A stretch of 63,620 nt of DNA, filler included, from Choristocarpus tenellus KU-1152 (GCA_964200185.2; 12 parts of 12 records of this genome joined end to end with filler, not necessarily neighbours in it), one strand, 5' to 3'. Numbered from the whole stretch's first letter, positions 34,397-47,409 are shown. Numbers and translations are program-made. Notes: generated from the letters alone by a model not told the origin.

Positions 34397-36865
34397 CAGT
34401 ATTTCAAATCGTCCTTCAGAGTACGCCTGTAGAGGAGAGCGCAAAGTTGGGTGTCTCGAACCAAGGCTGCAGACTGTTGACAATTACGGAGTCCTCTTTT
34501 TTTGAGTTTCTGGAAGGCGTTTTTCAACTTCGGTGTAAGAAGATGAAAAATATAAGGCTCGTCAGACTGGAGGGATTTATTTCACGTCTTGGTATGTACT
34601 GTACCGGTAATTTTGGAAATACATCGGTATACTACTGCAGCAGGGTATACCTTTTTGTTTTTTTGTATGGTATGATAACAGCGATTTCTTACAGCATGAT
34701 TCGGTTAGGTTATACTGTCGGAACGAACTTATTATTTTTTTTTTTCAGTATAGTAGTGCATTCTGTCACGTTTGCGACAGCTGTTACCCTTACAGGAGTT
34801 CTTACGATGTATTGATTCGGCTTTTACGCTGACACACCTGTAAAATGTCATCAGAGGGCGTAATGGTATGTATATTTTATTATCATGCCCCCTGACATTT
34901 ATGTAGATAAATTCTGGGGAGAATAACGCAGTTTATTTTTGTATGGTAATTTGAGTTATGCACGCTATGGTCTGTATGGTATGGTTGTTCCCGGGCCTTC
35001 CTGGGTTTAGGGTTAGGGTTAGGTGTGCGATCGACAGGGTGATACAGGTGTGCAATACATTGTGCCTGCCACGCTCAAGTAGATGATCGAAACAAGACGT
35101 CCGTGAAAAGAATTCTGGCGTCGAGGGGGCTTGAACCCAGGAAATTCATGCATGCAGCCCTCCTCCTTTTGTCACCTACTTGCTTTGAGTGGAAGTAGGG
35201 TCATGGTTTGGATATTGCGTTTCTCAACTCACTCCTTTCAACGACAATGAAATATATCCCGATTTCACTCTGTGAGTACACAATCTACTCGGTGAGCTCA
35301 TGTACGTTGCTCTAAGTGACATCTGTGGTTTTGGGAGAGGTGGAGGAGGACCCCAAAGAATGGTGAAGCAGCAGTTTCGATTTGAAATCCCCGGTCAGGC
35401 CTCTTCCAATCACGCACTGGGTACACGGATCGGTTGATAGATGGAGGAGATCATAAAGAGAGAGAGAGCCTGACACTGGTTGAAGGAAGGGCTGCGACTG
35501 TGGAGCTGCTTCAAGGCAGCAAGAATGGCTCCCCTTGATGCACGGAATCATAAGGCCAGTTGTTGATGGTGTTGAGGGCAATACTCTGAACGTCTCAACG
35601 CTTTGGGGGGTCCTCAAGGTTCAAAAGGGCGCTGCTGGTGTTATGGATACCGACATTGGTTTTCATGGCGGCGGAAAGCAAGGAGACTTCTGTCAGCAAA
35701 GGGATCGACATCAATGGCCTACGAGATGGATGGCCTACGTATGTACGACTCCCTTCTTAAGAAGGCTGCTCATTGTAGTGCTGTCCCTTGGTCCGCTCTC
35801 TGCGTGACAGCTCCAAGCGGCAGCCCCAAGCGGTAGCGTGAAGCGTGTTTGGTGGGAGTAAGGGCGCGTTCAACCTATCTTAACCCGTTCCTCATTGATG
35901 GGGGCCGCAAGCACAGAACAAATATTGAGTTGAGCAACGCGCCCTGGGTGAGATAGGGGAGAGAGAGACCCCGAGGCCTGAAGAGCCTTCCGCCACTTGG
36001 AAGACTTGGCGCTGTGTAGACGACGAGAAATGCTGTTTTTCAGTCTGTGAGGACTGCGCAGCCTCCTTCCTGCCTGTGAGGTGCAGCACGAAGGGCGCCA
36101 AGTCAGAGGTAAGCGGATGCCACCGTCAGCTGTGACATTGATGATGGCGGCGCGTAGTATGCTTTTTTTTTTTTTCATCGGGAGAATGGTGGCGAGGCCC
36201 AGCGATCTTGCTCGCTTCACCTGGAGAGCACTCCCAAGTACTGTCTGGTCCTGCCTTCGGTGGAGATTCCGTAAGTAGGAGGACCCCGTCGAATGTGTCC
36301 GCACGATTCGCAGGGGTATTTGGGTATGAAAACTTTTATTTTTAATTTTTTTAATTTTTAATTTTTTAAAATTATTTTTTTAAAATTAATTTATCAACGT
36401 CCGAATTGTGACTCTGTATTATTTCCGGTCGCTGGTGTGGGGGAATAGGAAGAAGCGCACGAAGTCGAAGGATATTTCCAAGTAGGGGCGGGGGGTACCC
36501 ACGCTTGCATAAAGTGGCAAAGGAATTTATTATGGTGCATCCGGAAGGGTAATAGATTCGAACAGCAGGGTACGGTGTTTGCGTAATTGCTGTTGAACGG
36601 CACGGTATATTACGGTACGGCATGGTATGGCACGGTTTCTCCTATATTTTCCACAACATTTCAGGACTTTCCACGCTACGGTTACGGTGCGGTCACGGTA
36701 CGGTACGGTTACGGAACGGTTACGGAACGGTTATGTAACGGATTACTGTTTTTTTTTTTGAACAGGAACGGTACAGTGATCGCGGAATTCCCGCGGTGTG
36801 TGATACGATAGTGATTACCGAGGTCATAATCGTAGGGTACGGTAGACAATACTCTTGAAATACTG
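34397..36865 (-). mobile_element. Possible degenerate hAT-like DNA transposon
   Basis: 11-bp inverted ends CAGTATTTCAA / TTGAAATACTG; dense ACGGT-type subterminal repeats at 36570-36845; GC-richer decayed coding-like core at 35300-36310. No TSD seen. Confidence 0.4.
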
Positions 36866-36915
36866 TAGTCAATGCCGTGGCAGTTAAAATTAGAGTACCG
36901 CGACGAGCCTCAGAA

Positions 36916-36946
<31 letters not shown>

Positions 36947-37283
36947 CAAAACAAAAACTATTATTTGAAAAATGGACTCTGATGAGGATCAGGTTTGTTC
37001 CGCTTGCGAACTGATCGTACTTTCACAAGAGCAGCGCAGCAAAACAAGGATGCGGGTCCACAGTGGTTGAGTGAGTGCTCCAAAAGAAGGCGTCCCGTCA
37101 GGAAGTCAAGGGGCAGCACCTTCTTTGTGGCTGAGTGGTACCCCCCCCCCCCTCTCGGATGCTTCTTGATTCAAAATCGGCGGNNNNNNNNNNNNNNNNN
37201 NNNNNNNNNNNNNNNNNNNNNNNNNNNTTAATTAATTAANNNNNNNNNNNNNNNNNNNNNNNNNNNNNNNNNNNNNNNNNNNN

Positions 37284-37423
37284 GGTGTCCATTTGGACCA
37301 AAATCAGGAAAAGTGAATTTACAGTATCCATCCGACGCATGCAACCAAATAACCCAAAACTCGCGACAGGAAAAATTTGACCCCAAATGGACTGCCGCCA
37401 CCCCCTCCCAGATACTTTGAGTC
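37284..37423 (-). mobile_element. MITE family 2, partial (contig start)
   Basis: Ends CCCCCTCCCAGATACTTTGAGTC. Confidence 0.88.
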
Positions 37424-39869
37424 TTACACGCAGAATATCCTCACGAGTCTACGGATAGAAAGAAACAACACACACGCGTTGGGGGGAGGGGGGCTGAGGT
37501 GATGGAGGTAGCAGGTGAAGGTGGGGTCAGGTCTGGATGGTATTTGTGATGCCTACCTTCCAGCAGCACTATTACAAGAGATTTGTCACTGTAGTGACTC
37601 AAAGCAGCCAAGAGCGGTGTTGAGTTTGTTTTGGTTAGAATGAGTCTCTAAAGGGCTGTTTCAACTTCGCTTAATGAAGGAGAGGGAGAGATTTGAAAAA
37701 GGGCGTCAAAAAGGACAATGTGCTTCTGCCGATGGAGTGTACTCACAGAACAGATATATAATTCCGACTGGTCCTTTGAATTGCTGAAAACCCATTTATC
37801 TTCTCCATTAAGAAATGTCTGTAAAATACTAAGAAAATCGAAAACAAGAATATTTGGGGGGCACACAATTTTTCGTACACGAGGGAGTGACTAAAAAAGA
37901 AGCACTTGGAAACAAAATCGCTATTCATGCAATTAGAAAAAATGAGAACAAAACTGCTATGATAGCATCAGTAGGAACACATGTTCGTTACACATATTTT
38001 CTTCCGAACAGAGAAATTGTTCCATATGACCTGCAAGCAATCCTTTTCCTTCATCGTGTTTTAACAACATTCGGCTGGCAGTAGTGGTCCCTCTCATCCG
38101 CATTATTAGAAGAAACAAACATAACGCCTGCGGACTCAGCAAACCCACGCAACAAACAAACAGACAAAAAACTGGAGCAATAAACAACACAGACAACACC
38201 AAGAAAAACCCTTACCCTCAAACTAAACCTTAGCCCTAAAAATACAAAATACAAACAGATTAAATCCACTACTCACAAACACACACACACAGTCAAACCA
38301 ATTTTAACCCACCAAACAACACATATTCCACCAACCACTGAAGCATATTCCCAGGCGTTCTAATCAACCTCTTCAACCAGAGCTGCTACCGTATGTAGTG
38401 GACATGTGCCTAGGGTTAGGATTGGGTAACTGTTCCTCAGTCATGGCAAAATCGAGGTGGTGTGGTCTGTTGCTAAAAAGTAGAAAGCATGCATAGCACC
38501 AAAGGTTTAACGACACATGTGTACTAAATAAATACAATAGTGATAGGATGATCCATTGGTTGGCGTAAGGAGCAACAGCTTGTGAAAAAGATGTTCTCAA
38601 GTCAATCTTATCACTTCATCCATAGGAGAAATAAGCGTGAATTGGAAGGGAGATTTTTATAACAAGTGACTTACAATACAATTCTGGCAAAACATGGATA
38701 CCTCTCGTTCACTGTGGGTCAAAATGTCAGTGGGATAACAACACAATACTATTAGAGAGCTCTGTATTGTTGGCCTGAACATTTATTTGTAGGTTCGTAC
38801 GAGCCGGAGCTAAATACAATATGTTTTACGTGTTCCCTCACCTTTTGCTTCACCTGGGCAATGCAGACTCTGCAGTTTTTGTTAGACTTCGAATATTTTG
38901 TTATACTTGAACATGTAGCCCAAGTAAACGAGACGTACCCAGGTTTTGGTCATTTTTGCATTTCAAGCATTTTTTTCAATATTTTGCAGATTCACCTGTA
39001 TTTCTATGGGAGTTTAATGGTAAGTTTGACTGGAGAGCATTGATTTCTCTACTCTTTGATATTTTTCGGTAGAATGTAGAAAATATATAGCACGCAGTAC
39101 AAAAGTAGGCGAATCTTACACATATTTGTCAGCATCCTTGAGATGCAACTCTGGGTACTTCTCATTCATTTTGACTTGTTGCACTGCCATCGTGATGTGT
39201 TGGAATACATGTGATCGAGGAGACTCCTCGATCATATCATACATTACGTCATATTACATTACATTACATTATATTGGATTAACCCGTATCAAACCGTACC
39301 ACATAATATTGTCATACAATATTTATTTACATTATATAATAACATGTATTCGAATATATACCATTACAATACTTTATATCATATTACAGTACATTATTAG
39401 GTACTTTAATCTTATATTACATTTCCATATATTATATTCTGCTCTATGTCAGGGACAGGTTCCTTTTTTGGGATCTCCGACACACACGTTATGTGTAAGA
39501 CGCGCGGTCAGATACAATTGCGCGTGCCAAACACGTCATCTGAGCTCATCCATACCGACCAGTCCAAAGAAACAGTCACACCCATGAGATCCGGATTTGA
39601 CCAAACAGTCAAAATGGACCCTCAGAACGAAGAACCATTCCGATTCTGAAAAATCAGTTTCTTTACTGTGACGTTGCTCAGTCATTCTGGAACATCTGTC
39701 GTGTTCTGAAAGGGTTTTTCTGTTCTGGATTTACTATCTGTAATGAGATTAGAGCCAAGACCTTGAAACTCGGTCCCACCCTCTGAGGTGAAGGAGTTTC
39801 ATTCCGGTGATTGTGATTGCCCCCTTGAGCAGAGAATTTGGCACCTTTGACACTTCCACAGTGGTACTC

Positions 39870-41114
39870 ATGCCTAGTGTTCAAGGGGAGCTAACTCACG
39901 CCACGTTATGTCGGACAGTACTACCCCCCACACCTGCTGCAACGTCACACACCAGCAGCAATACCAAAGAGAAATCCGCAACTCGCAAGGGGAAGAAGAA
40001 GGCGATCAATGCAATGCCAACAACCGAAGGAGGTAATGAGGGGGTTAGTATAAACACCTAACCTCAACCGAGTCCCGCGTCTATTTCTGTAGACAGAGGC
40101 ATCCCTGGTGGCTCGCTAGAGCAGGAAGGGATGGTGGTGCAGAGGCTGAGGGAAGGCCCTGCCTGTAATCCGGGCCTGAACTGGTACAGCATGCTGGGTG
40201 AAGACCAAGAAGAGCAAGTCAAAGACAGTGCGGTGGTGACATTCGATATCCAAGCGTACATGAACTGCCAGCTTGTCTACGCCAAGAAGATCGTTGATGA
40301 AGCTATGGAGGGGACTCCACACGACCAAGGTTTGGTGGCTGCGGCAATGCAGACATTAAACATGAAGATGAATAATAAGTGTGCAGATTCAAACAACCCG
40401 CCTGTTTCTGACCACCCCCACGGTAACCCCTTGATTGTGAAGTATCCTTCACATAAAGACTTACCCCCCCAAAACGTGCAGGAACAAGGTTGTCCCCCCG
40501 TAGCCAATTTCGGAAAGTTGCTCATGATTTTCAAAAATCGAGTAGGCGCTATTGCTATGGTGAATAAATCATCTATAGAAGCAAGCCAAATTCCCACATA
40601 TGAACAAATTCTTGGAGATATGTGCATGCGCCTGTTCCAACATCAAATTCCTAGAGGTACCAGTCCCGACCAAGTAAGTGTTCGATCGTTTTATGAAACA
40701 TTGGATGTAGCCTCTTAGGAGGAATTTGTTGCGGCAAGTTTGAAGAAATTTTCTGTTCCAAATCCGCAAGACAGAACGTTTCGCGATTTGATTGATATTC
40801 GGCAGGAACCGAAGGAGGATGTTCGGGCATTTGCAAGACGGGTAATTGAGTCAATCGATTCCTTTGTACGTGAGTTGAGAGTCCACCCACATGACAGAGG
40901 TGACCTCGATCCTGTTGACCTGACCCCCACAGCCCTGATTTCCCTTCTGACGGACAAACTCCGATATTGCGCGTTCAACGTCGGTGTTTCACCTACTATT
41001 CTAGAAGTTTTGTGATCGAATCCTCAGCGTTACGAGAATTTCACGGCACTAGTTGATGCAGCGGTTGGCCAAAGCATCTACAATGTCGAGTTTGGACAGG
41101 GGATCGTTCGCTAA
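39870..41114 (+). mobile_element. Degenerate retrotransposon gag-like ORF (family B; Ty3/Gypsy-type Retrotrans_gag pattern)
   Basis: One frame interrupted by isolated stops; S*EEFVAASLKKFSVPNPQDRTFRDLIDIRQEPKEDVRAFARR matches W..F...F...F....L..IRQ...E.V..F..R, with TAG at the conserved Trp. Confidence 0.65.
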
Positions 41115-41155
41115 TGTGGTGACCTCTAGTATATCTATCGATAACTTGGGGAATT

Positions 41156-41336
41156 GACCCAAAGTATCTGGGAGGGGGGGGGGGGGGCTACACCAAGGTG
41201 TCCATTTGGGGCAAAATCAGGAAAAGTGAATTTACAGTAACCATCCGACGTATGCAACCAAATCACCTAAAAATCGCGACATGAAAAAAATGACCCCAAA
41301 TGGACAGCCGCCACCCCCTCCTAGATACTTTGAGCC
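41156..41336 (-). mobile_element. MITE family 2, complete
   Basis: GACCCAAAGTATCTGGG ... CCTAGATACTTTGAGCC. Confidence 0.9.
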
Positions 41337-41559
41337 CCAAAGGGAGGTGTTGTCTGCCTGCTCCATGGTGGAGTGTGCCAGGTGGGGGAGATTGTCCCTT
41401 GCCAGATAGCCTAGGTGAGAGGAGAGAGAACAAGAGTTGAGGAGCCAGGCCGCTCGCTTGTCCTCCATCTTGTTGAGGTGCGTGGCTAGTACTCTTCACC
41501 CAGAGCTCTCGAGTACCCCCACTACTTTTTCTTTCTTCTAAAGTATTTTTGGAAAGCGG

Positions 41560-42025
41560 GTTTGTCTGTTGTTATATCGAAATTGCCATATGCCATATGC
41601 CATATGCCATATACCGTGATACCGATTGAGGCTGTGTTTTGAGAACTTCTGTGCAACTTTGTGGAGGATATTCGGAGTGATAGATTTCCGTGCCTTCCCG
41701 TAACGTCTCTTTATGAGTACGTTTTTCCCGAAGGTGGATGTCCCATCTCTGAAGGATTTCCTTTCCGAAATTCATCCGAATCGCGATCCTCCCCACTTCC
41801 TCAGTTGCCCACCACTTCCTGCGAGTCCTTTCAGTCTTGCACTTGGCTAACCATAACCTTGTCCTCTCGGTTATGGTTCGTCTTCGTCTGTCTGGTCCGT
41901 CTTGCCCGGTAATTCTCTTCGCCACCCTTGCCTGAGGGAACCACGCCACCACAGAATCACGCGATTCATATTGTCGACACCAGTGAGCTCAGATATAAGG
42001 TAACAGGTAATGTTTTGTTTGACCA
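41560..42025. repeat. Unclassified dispersed repeat, homologous to 25999-26460
   Basis: Same ordered sequence blocks as the other copy; includes (GCCATAT)x4. Confidence 0.8.
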
Positions 42026-42616
42026 CTGACCCAAGAAGACAAATGCAAGAATGAGAAGAAACTGTTGTGGACAAGAGCGTCTGGCTGAACACAGCATAGA
42101 GTCAACAGAAGCAGATGAGAAAGTTGAAGAATATGAATCTGTAGAGTACATGGACTCCTCAACCTCTTAAAACCTGAATAGAATGGATATTGCTATCAAG
42201 TGAAATGCGTAGTTCTGCAGTGCAAAGGGAAGTCATAGTGCTGCAAAGCACCAATGAATTTGTTCTGTTGTGACTGAGGTCATTGATCGCTCAGTCAAGA
42301 ATGATGTTGTGAATTCAGTGTTCTTTCTTGAAATGTTGAAAGGAAGAAAGTCATGCTCGGAGGAGAGACTTGTTACCTAGGCAGACAAGGTTTTTTGTGG
42401 ATGGTTTAACTCTGTATATATGGCGTCCAGGTGTGTATCAGGTACACTTATTGCAGAGTTGTCTTGGTGTATTATGAGAGGGCAATGACAATCAAGAAAG
42501 AAAACGCAATCAACAATTGACGTGTATGTGGGGTCTTCTTCTGTTAAGAAGAAGAGAGATGACAAACAAGAGGACCAAAGTATTCGGGGAGGTGGTCGAG
42601 CGTCGATTTGGGGTCC

Positions 42617-42792
42617 GACTCAAAGTATCTGCGGGGGGGTGGTGGTTGTCCGTTTGGGACCAATTTTTCCATGTCGCGATTTTTGTGTGATTTGGTTACA
42701 TACGTCAGATGGATAATGTAAGTGAACCTTTCCTGGTTATGACCCAAATGGATACTCTGGAGTAGACCCCCCCCCCTCAGATACTTTGGGTT
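42617..42792 (+). mobile_element. MITE family 2, complete, adjacent to a degenerate related TIR at ~42574
   Basis: GACTCAAAGTATCTGCGGGG ... CCCTCAGATACTTTGGGTT. Confidence 0.88.
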
Positions 42793-42999
42793 TTAAAATA
42801 ATGTACCAGAAGATCCCACTTGGATCAATATCTGATGGAACTTGGATATTATCGAGGTTGTTGTGATGATGAGTTGGGAATTCAAAAATCACAATAACGA
42901 CCACTGTAGTTGACCAATCAACAGTCGGGGTGAGCTGGTGGTACTTTATCATATCAACGAAAAACAAATGAGTAGCCTATGTATTAACATAGGCAGCCA

Positions 43000-44250
43000 T
43001 GATTCCGTCTCATCAGGTCAATCGTCCACATTATCTATGCAATAGATTTGCGAACCGTCGACGAGTTTCCCCTCCATCTTCCTCAGATTGTCGTCGTCAG
43101 GCAGGAACCGTGTCGTCGACCGTTGAGCATCGTGTCAACTCGTGCGACAGTGACACTCGTTGTATCCTTTTTCAGGACAATCCTGTCTCGCTTCCAAGTT
43201 CCACTGCTTGTGACGTGGCCATTTCGCACAGTCAGTTTGGCGATGCTGTTCCAGCATTCATTGCGCACCAAGTGAACGAATGCGTGAGAACAAACATTGT
43301 GCCTGGCTTCAGAGTGGAAGTATCTCAGAGGGTAAGAGTGAAAGTATCTTAGAGGATACGAGTTTTGCCCCGTTTGTCCATTTGGAGCTTGGCTTTCCAT
43401 GGGTTTTATTATGACATTTTCCTACTCCAATATGTTTAGGAGTACGTAAAATGAGAAGATTAAGAAAAGGTGTGTCCAGAACAAGGATACTGATACTCCC
43501 TAGCAAACACGATAGCCAAATTACATCAAAATCGCAACATTGGATTTTGGCATCCAAATGGACGCGGCCCTACCCTCTAAGATACTTTGGCTCGTAACAG
43601 TTTTGCCATGTTTGTCCATTTGGGGCTTGACTTCCCGCAGTATTTGTATGACATTTTACCTACTCCGAAACATTTCGGAGTAGGTAAAAAGTGTACGTTA
43701 TGAAAAGGTGTATCCGAAAAACGGATACTGGCACTTCCCAACAAACATGATAGCCAAATTAGATCAAAATCGCAACATTGGATTTTGACCCCCAAATGGA
43801 CGCTGCTCTACCCTCTAAGATACTATGACTCTCAGGATCTGTTGAAGCTTCAAGCTCGGGGAAACTACGTCAACCAAATAAGACCTGTTGAACAGAGTAG
43901 CGATGTCTCACACCCACAACCAAAGTCAGAAGGGAGTCGTTTTGGATATTACACTTCGGAGATCCCAACTGGTCTAGCGATTAGAGGTTCTGGAAAGAAG
44001 ATGTACCACTTTTATTCTCTAACTGGCATATCGCAACCACTTGCATTCTCATCAGTAAGGCCCTGCATCCTCTGAAACGATTGATGCTCGTTGGATAGAA
44101 ATTTTGCAAAACTTCTTCAAGGACCCGCCAAATCGTTCTACTTTCAGGCGTTGGCTGGTACGACAGATTGCAATCATCGCTTCACAACCGTGTTCCAATA
44201 CCCCCTTCAATGCTGTGGAAAGATGTCCAGAAGTTATTTGTATTATTATT
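43000..44250 (+). mobile_element. Degenerate gag-like ORF (family A), split by nested MITEs
   Basis: ILFQDNPVSLPSSTA..SQFGDAVPAFIAHQVNECVRTN[MITEs]QDLLKLQARG..SDVSHP..EIPTGLAIRGSG..RQIAII aligns with 56284-57290. Confidence 0.65.
43313..43831 (+). mobile_element. Nested MITE family 1 pair: outer 43313-43831 (TSD TCAG), inner 43336-43593 (TSD GTAA)
   Basis: The inner copy is flanked by GTAA on both sides and sits at the inner edge of the outer copy's left TIR. Confidence 0.92.
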
Positions 44251-45998
44251 AACGAAATCACCCCCTCCCATGCTGCTTCCTCGTTCGGACTTCGACCTAC
44301 CCCAATTCCATACCCAGTTTCTCTGGAGGGAAGTGGAGCGATTCCCCATCTTAGTCCAGATAATATACTACTTGTAAATAATGTCAGAGACCTTCAGTGC
44401 AATCCTTGATTGGCAAGGCAACACCATTCCGAATTCCGAAGTGATCATTGTTATAATATAGGCTACTCATTTGATTTGTTTCGATGCAATAGACTATCGT
44501 CAGTATGCATGCATTTCTTTATTCTTATATCTCAGTGAATGATACACATTTCACATCAACCATAGTCTGATTGACTAAAACATGTATTGTCTGACTGAGC
44601 AAAAGTTGTCATAAGTACTACCAGGGTCAAAGTATCTTGGGGGGGGGGTGGTTTGTGAGGGGNNNNNNNNNNNNNNNNNNNNNNNNNNNNNNNNNNNNNN
44701 NNNNNNTTAATTAATTAANNNNNNNNNNNNNNNNNNNNNNNNNNNNNNNNNNNNNNNNNNNNTCTAGCAGATCCACCATGCTTCATTAGTTGGATCATCT
44801 TTAAATATAGACGCTGTGTATCCCCCCGACCTATGGAACATACCACTTTGTATGTCTTGCGTCCATTGTCCAGAGGTCAAAGGCAGTACTGGAGACAAAA
44901 TATACCTTCACACCTTGACTCACATCCAGCAGTCACCAAAACACCAGTTCCTTCATATTGCCACGCTTTACCCACAGCATTAGACCCAAACCGAAAGCTG
45001 TTGTGAGTGACTTGGTCACGAATCTACCCTCCCCCCTACTGTATAAGAATTGTCTGTTGACTTGGTCAGCAGCCCCAAGACAGAAAGTGGGGGAAATTAA
45101 GGGGGGAATTATCGCAAGCATCCCTCCAGCTACACTCAAGATCAAGGACAAAAAGGAGGAAAGAATTGAGCACCAATAATATATGTAAGGAAAAGAATTG
45201 GGAAAGTCAGGTTTTTCTACTCCACTATGTTCTTGGGGTATGCCGTTAAGGTACGAGGTCATCATCCGTTACAGGAATGAAATCAAACACTTTTTTTCAA
45301 AATGTTCTCGAAAGCACTTTTTCCCAAAGGAAACGATGACCTGCTGAGGATACTAATCATTTCGTTTTGTTGATGTGGTTTGGTTGTAGTTGTAGGTGTG
45401 GATGACGTGGGTTTGTCTTCTTCTTTTTAACCACTTCCTGAAAATGTAGTGTGTTGTAATGAGAAAACTGTGGCCTCCATCAGTAGAATATAAACTTGAT
45501 GTAGTTTTCTAGATAGTGCTTCATGTCGAACCAGCAACATGCCTCAACATGCTCTCTTTTCTGAAACGGGGAGTAAGGCCTCAGGGCAGGAGGGATCTAG
45601 TTGCAAACCCTAACCCTAAGAGGTATTATTATCGTTATCGTTACTGCTAGCAGTGAGGCATCTCCTCTCACTACTGCTGCTAGTACAGCATTCACAGAGA
45701 AAAGGCAACAATGAAACCTCTTGAATAGATCTTTGCCAGAAAAATGGCAGCAGGAGCTCAAGGCAGGAGCGAGGCCCAAGAGCATCGTGAGCACAGGAAA
45801 GGGTGTAACACACACAATACAAGTGACATAATACACCACCACTGCTCTTCTTATTCATTCACATGGTACACACCTGTCAAGACACTGCTAGTGGGAACTT
45901 CTAAGGCGTATCTAAGCATTCTAATTGAGTCCTCTCCAGTTGGCACCATCATCCTCCGACTTCAAGGTATACACTGTAGAGTGAAAGAATATATGATA

Positions 45999-46175
45999 GA
46001 CTCAAAGTATCTGGGGTGGGGAGTGGCGGTTGTCCATTTGGGGCCAATTTTTTCATGTCGCAATTTTTGGGTGATTTGATTCCATACATCGGATGCATAA
46101 TGAAAGTGCATTTTCCTGGTTATGGCCTAAATGGACACCCTGGTGTAGACCCCCCCCCCCCAGATACTTTGGGTC
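45999..46175 (+). mobile_element. MITE family 2, complete
   Basis: GACTCAAAGTATCTGGGG ... CCCCAGATACTTTGGGTC. Confidence 0.9.
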
Positions 46176-47365
46176 ATATCATGGAAGAAGTACGTCCCTA
46201 ACCCTGATACCTTTGTCATGGCAAATCGGTCAAGTGGAAACCAAATATATATAGTCACTATTTCCAAGAGACACACACATACACACACTGCTATCAATAC
46301 TGATATTGCACCCAATTTGTCACAAGGAGAACGCGATCTCTCTCCCATAACCCCAAGAACATAGATGAGAGTGATACAAACCGAACGCATCTCACCGTAA
46401 CAAACAGAAGCACCAAAATGCTCCTTATGAATGTATGAATAGTTTTACTACAAAACACTGTCAAGAGGCAAGTAAGTATTTAGGAATGAGAAATTAAATA
46501 AGTGAATAGGCAGGATGTCACCACCAGCAGTACTGCGATAGGCACTTGCTTGGGTGTCGCTTGGGTGTGGCGGGGTGGATGAACAAATTCTTAAGACATT
46601 GCACACGCCACACCCTACGACCATCCAATGTTCCTCTCTATTGAGTATTGTGGCTATGCTCCGCTTTCATTGGGTGCATAGATGCTCATGAAAGCATAAC
46701 ATTGGGGTAGATATCGACTGACAGCAATTACCTACAACACACATGATCTATGGTAATAGGGTGGAATGATGATGAAGAACGCACAATGCTACATACCTTC
46801 ACAAAAAAAAAAAAATCGTCAAACGACAAGCATCCAAACCCTCAAAAATCCAATTATAAATACTAATCAATTCCATGTGGGAAGGCCATTTCTGGATTTC
46901 GTTTTTCATTTAATGCGCAAAATTGCCTACTTCACCAACCCTCAAATCTTACACCCATCCCATATAGATGTCTTCGAAAAACCAATACTACTGTACCCTG
47001 TATGTTTCGAAACTTAAATATCACTGGGGGATAGCTCACTCTTACCCACCCCCGATACCAACATACGTTATTCTGAATACTGGTGTCGTCCACCTCTGTG
47101 TGACTAGACCCAAAGTGTCCTACCGCTCTTTGGCGAAAACATCGACTCCCCACCTGCTCTATAAAAACAACAAACCACTGCAAGTGTTCGAATGACAACA
47201 AACAAGTGAATCTGGACATCATCACCAAGGCAAACTCAGACCCCAAGAACATGTATCACTTCTTTCTTCTTCTTTTTTTTCACCTTCCTAAGTATGTACA
47301 AATCGTTGCCAAAACAACCTCACTAATCTTTTTCTTTTTTTTTAAAGAAGAAGAAACAAACAAAC

Positions 47366-47409
<44 letters not shown>

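Noticed and set aside
43840-44410. Minus-strand RT/integrase relic (KVERFGGSLKK)
   Set aside because: The plus strand aligns with the gag-like family A copy at 56284-56900, which explains the region better.
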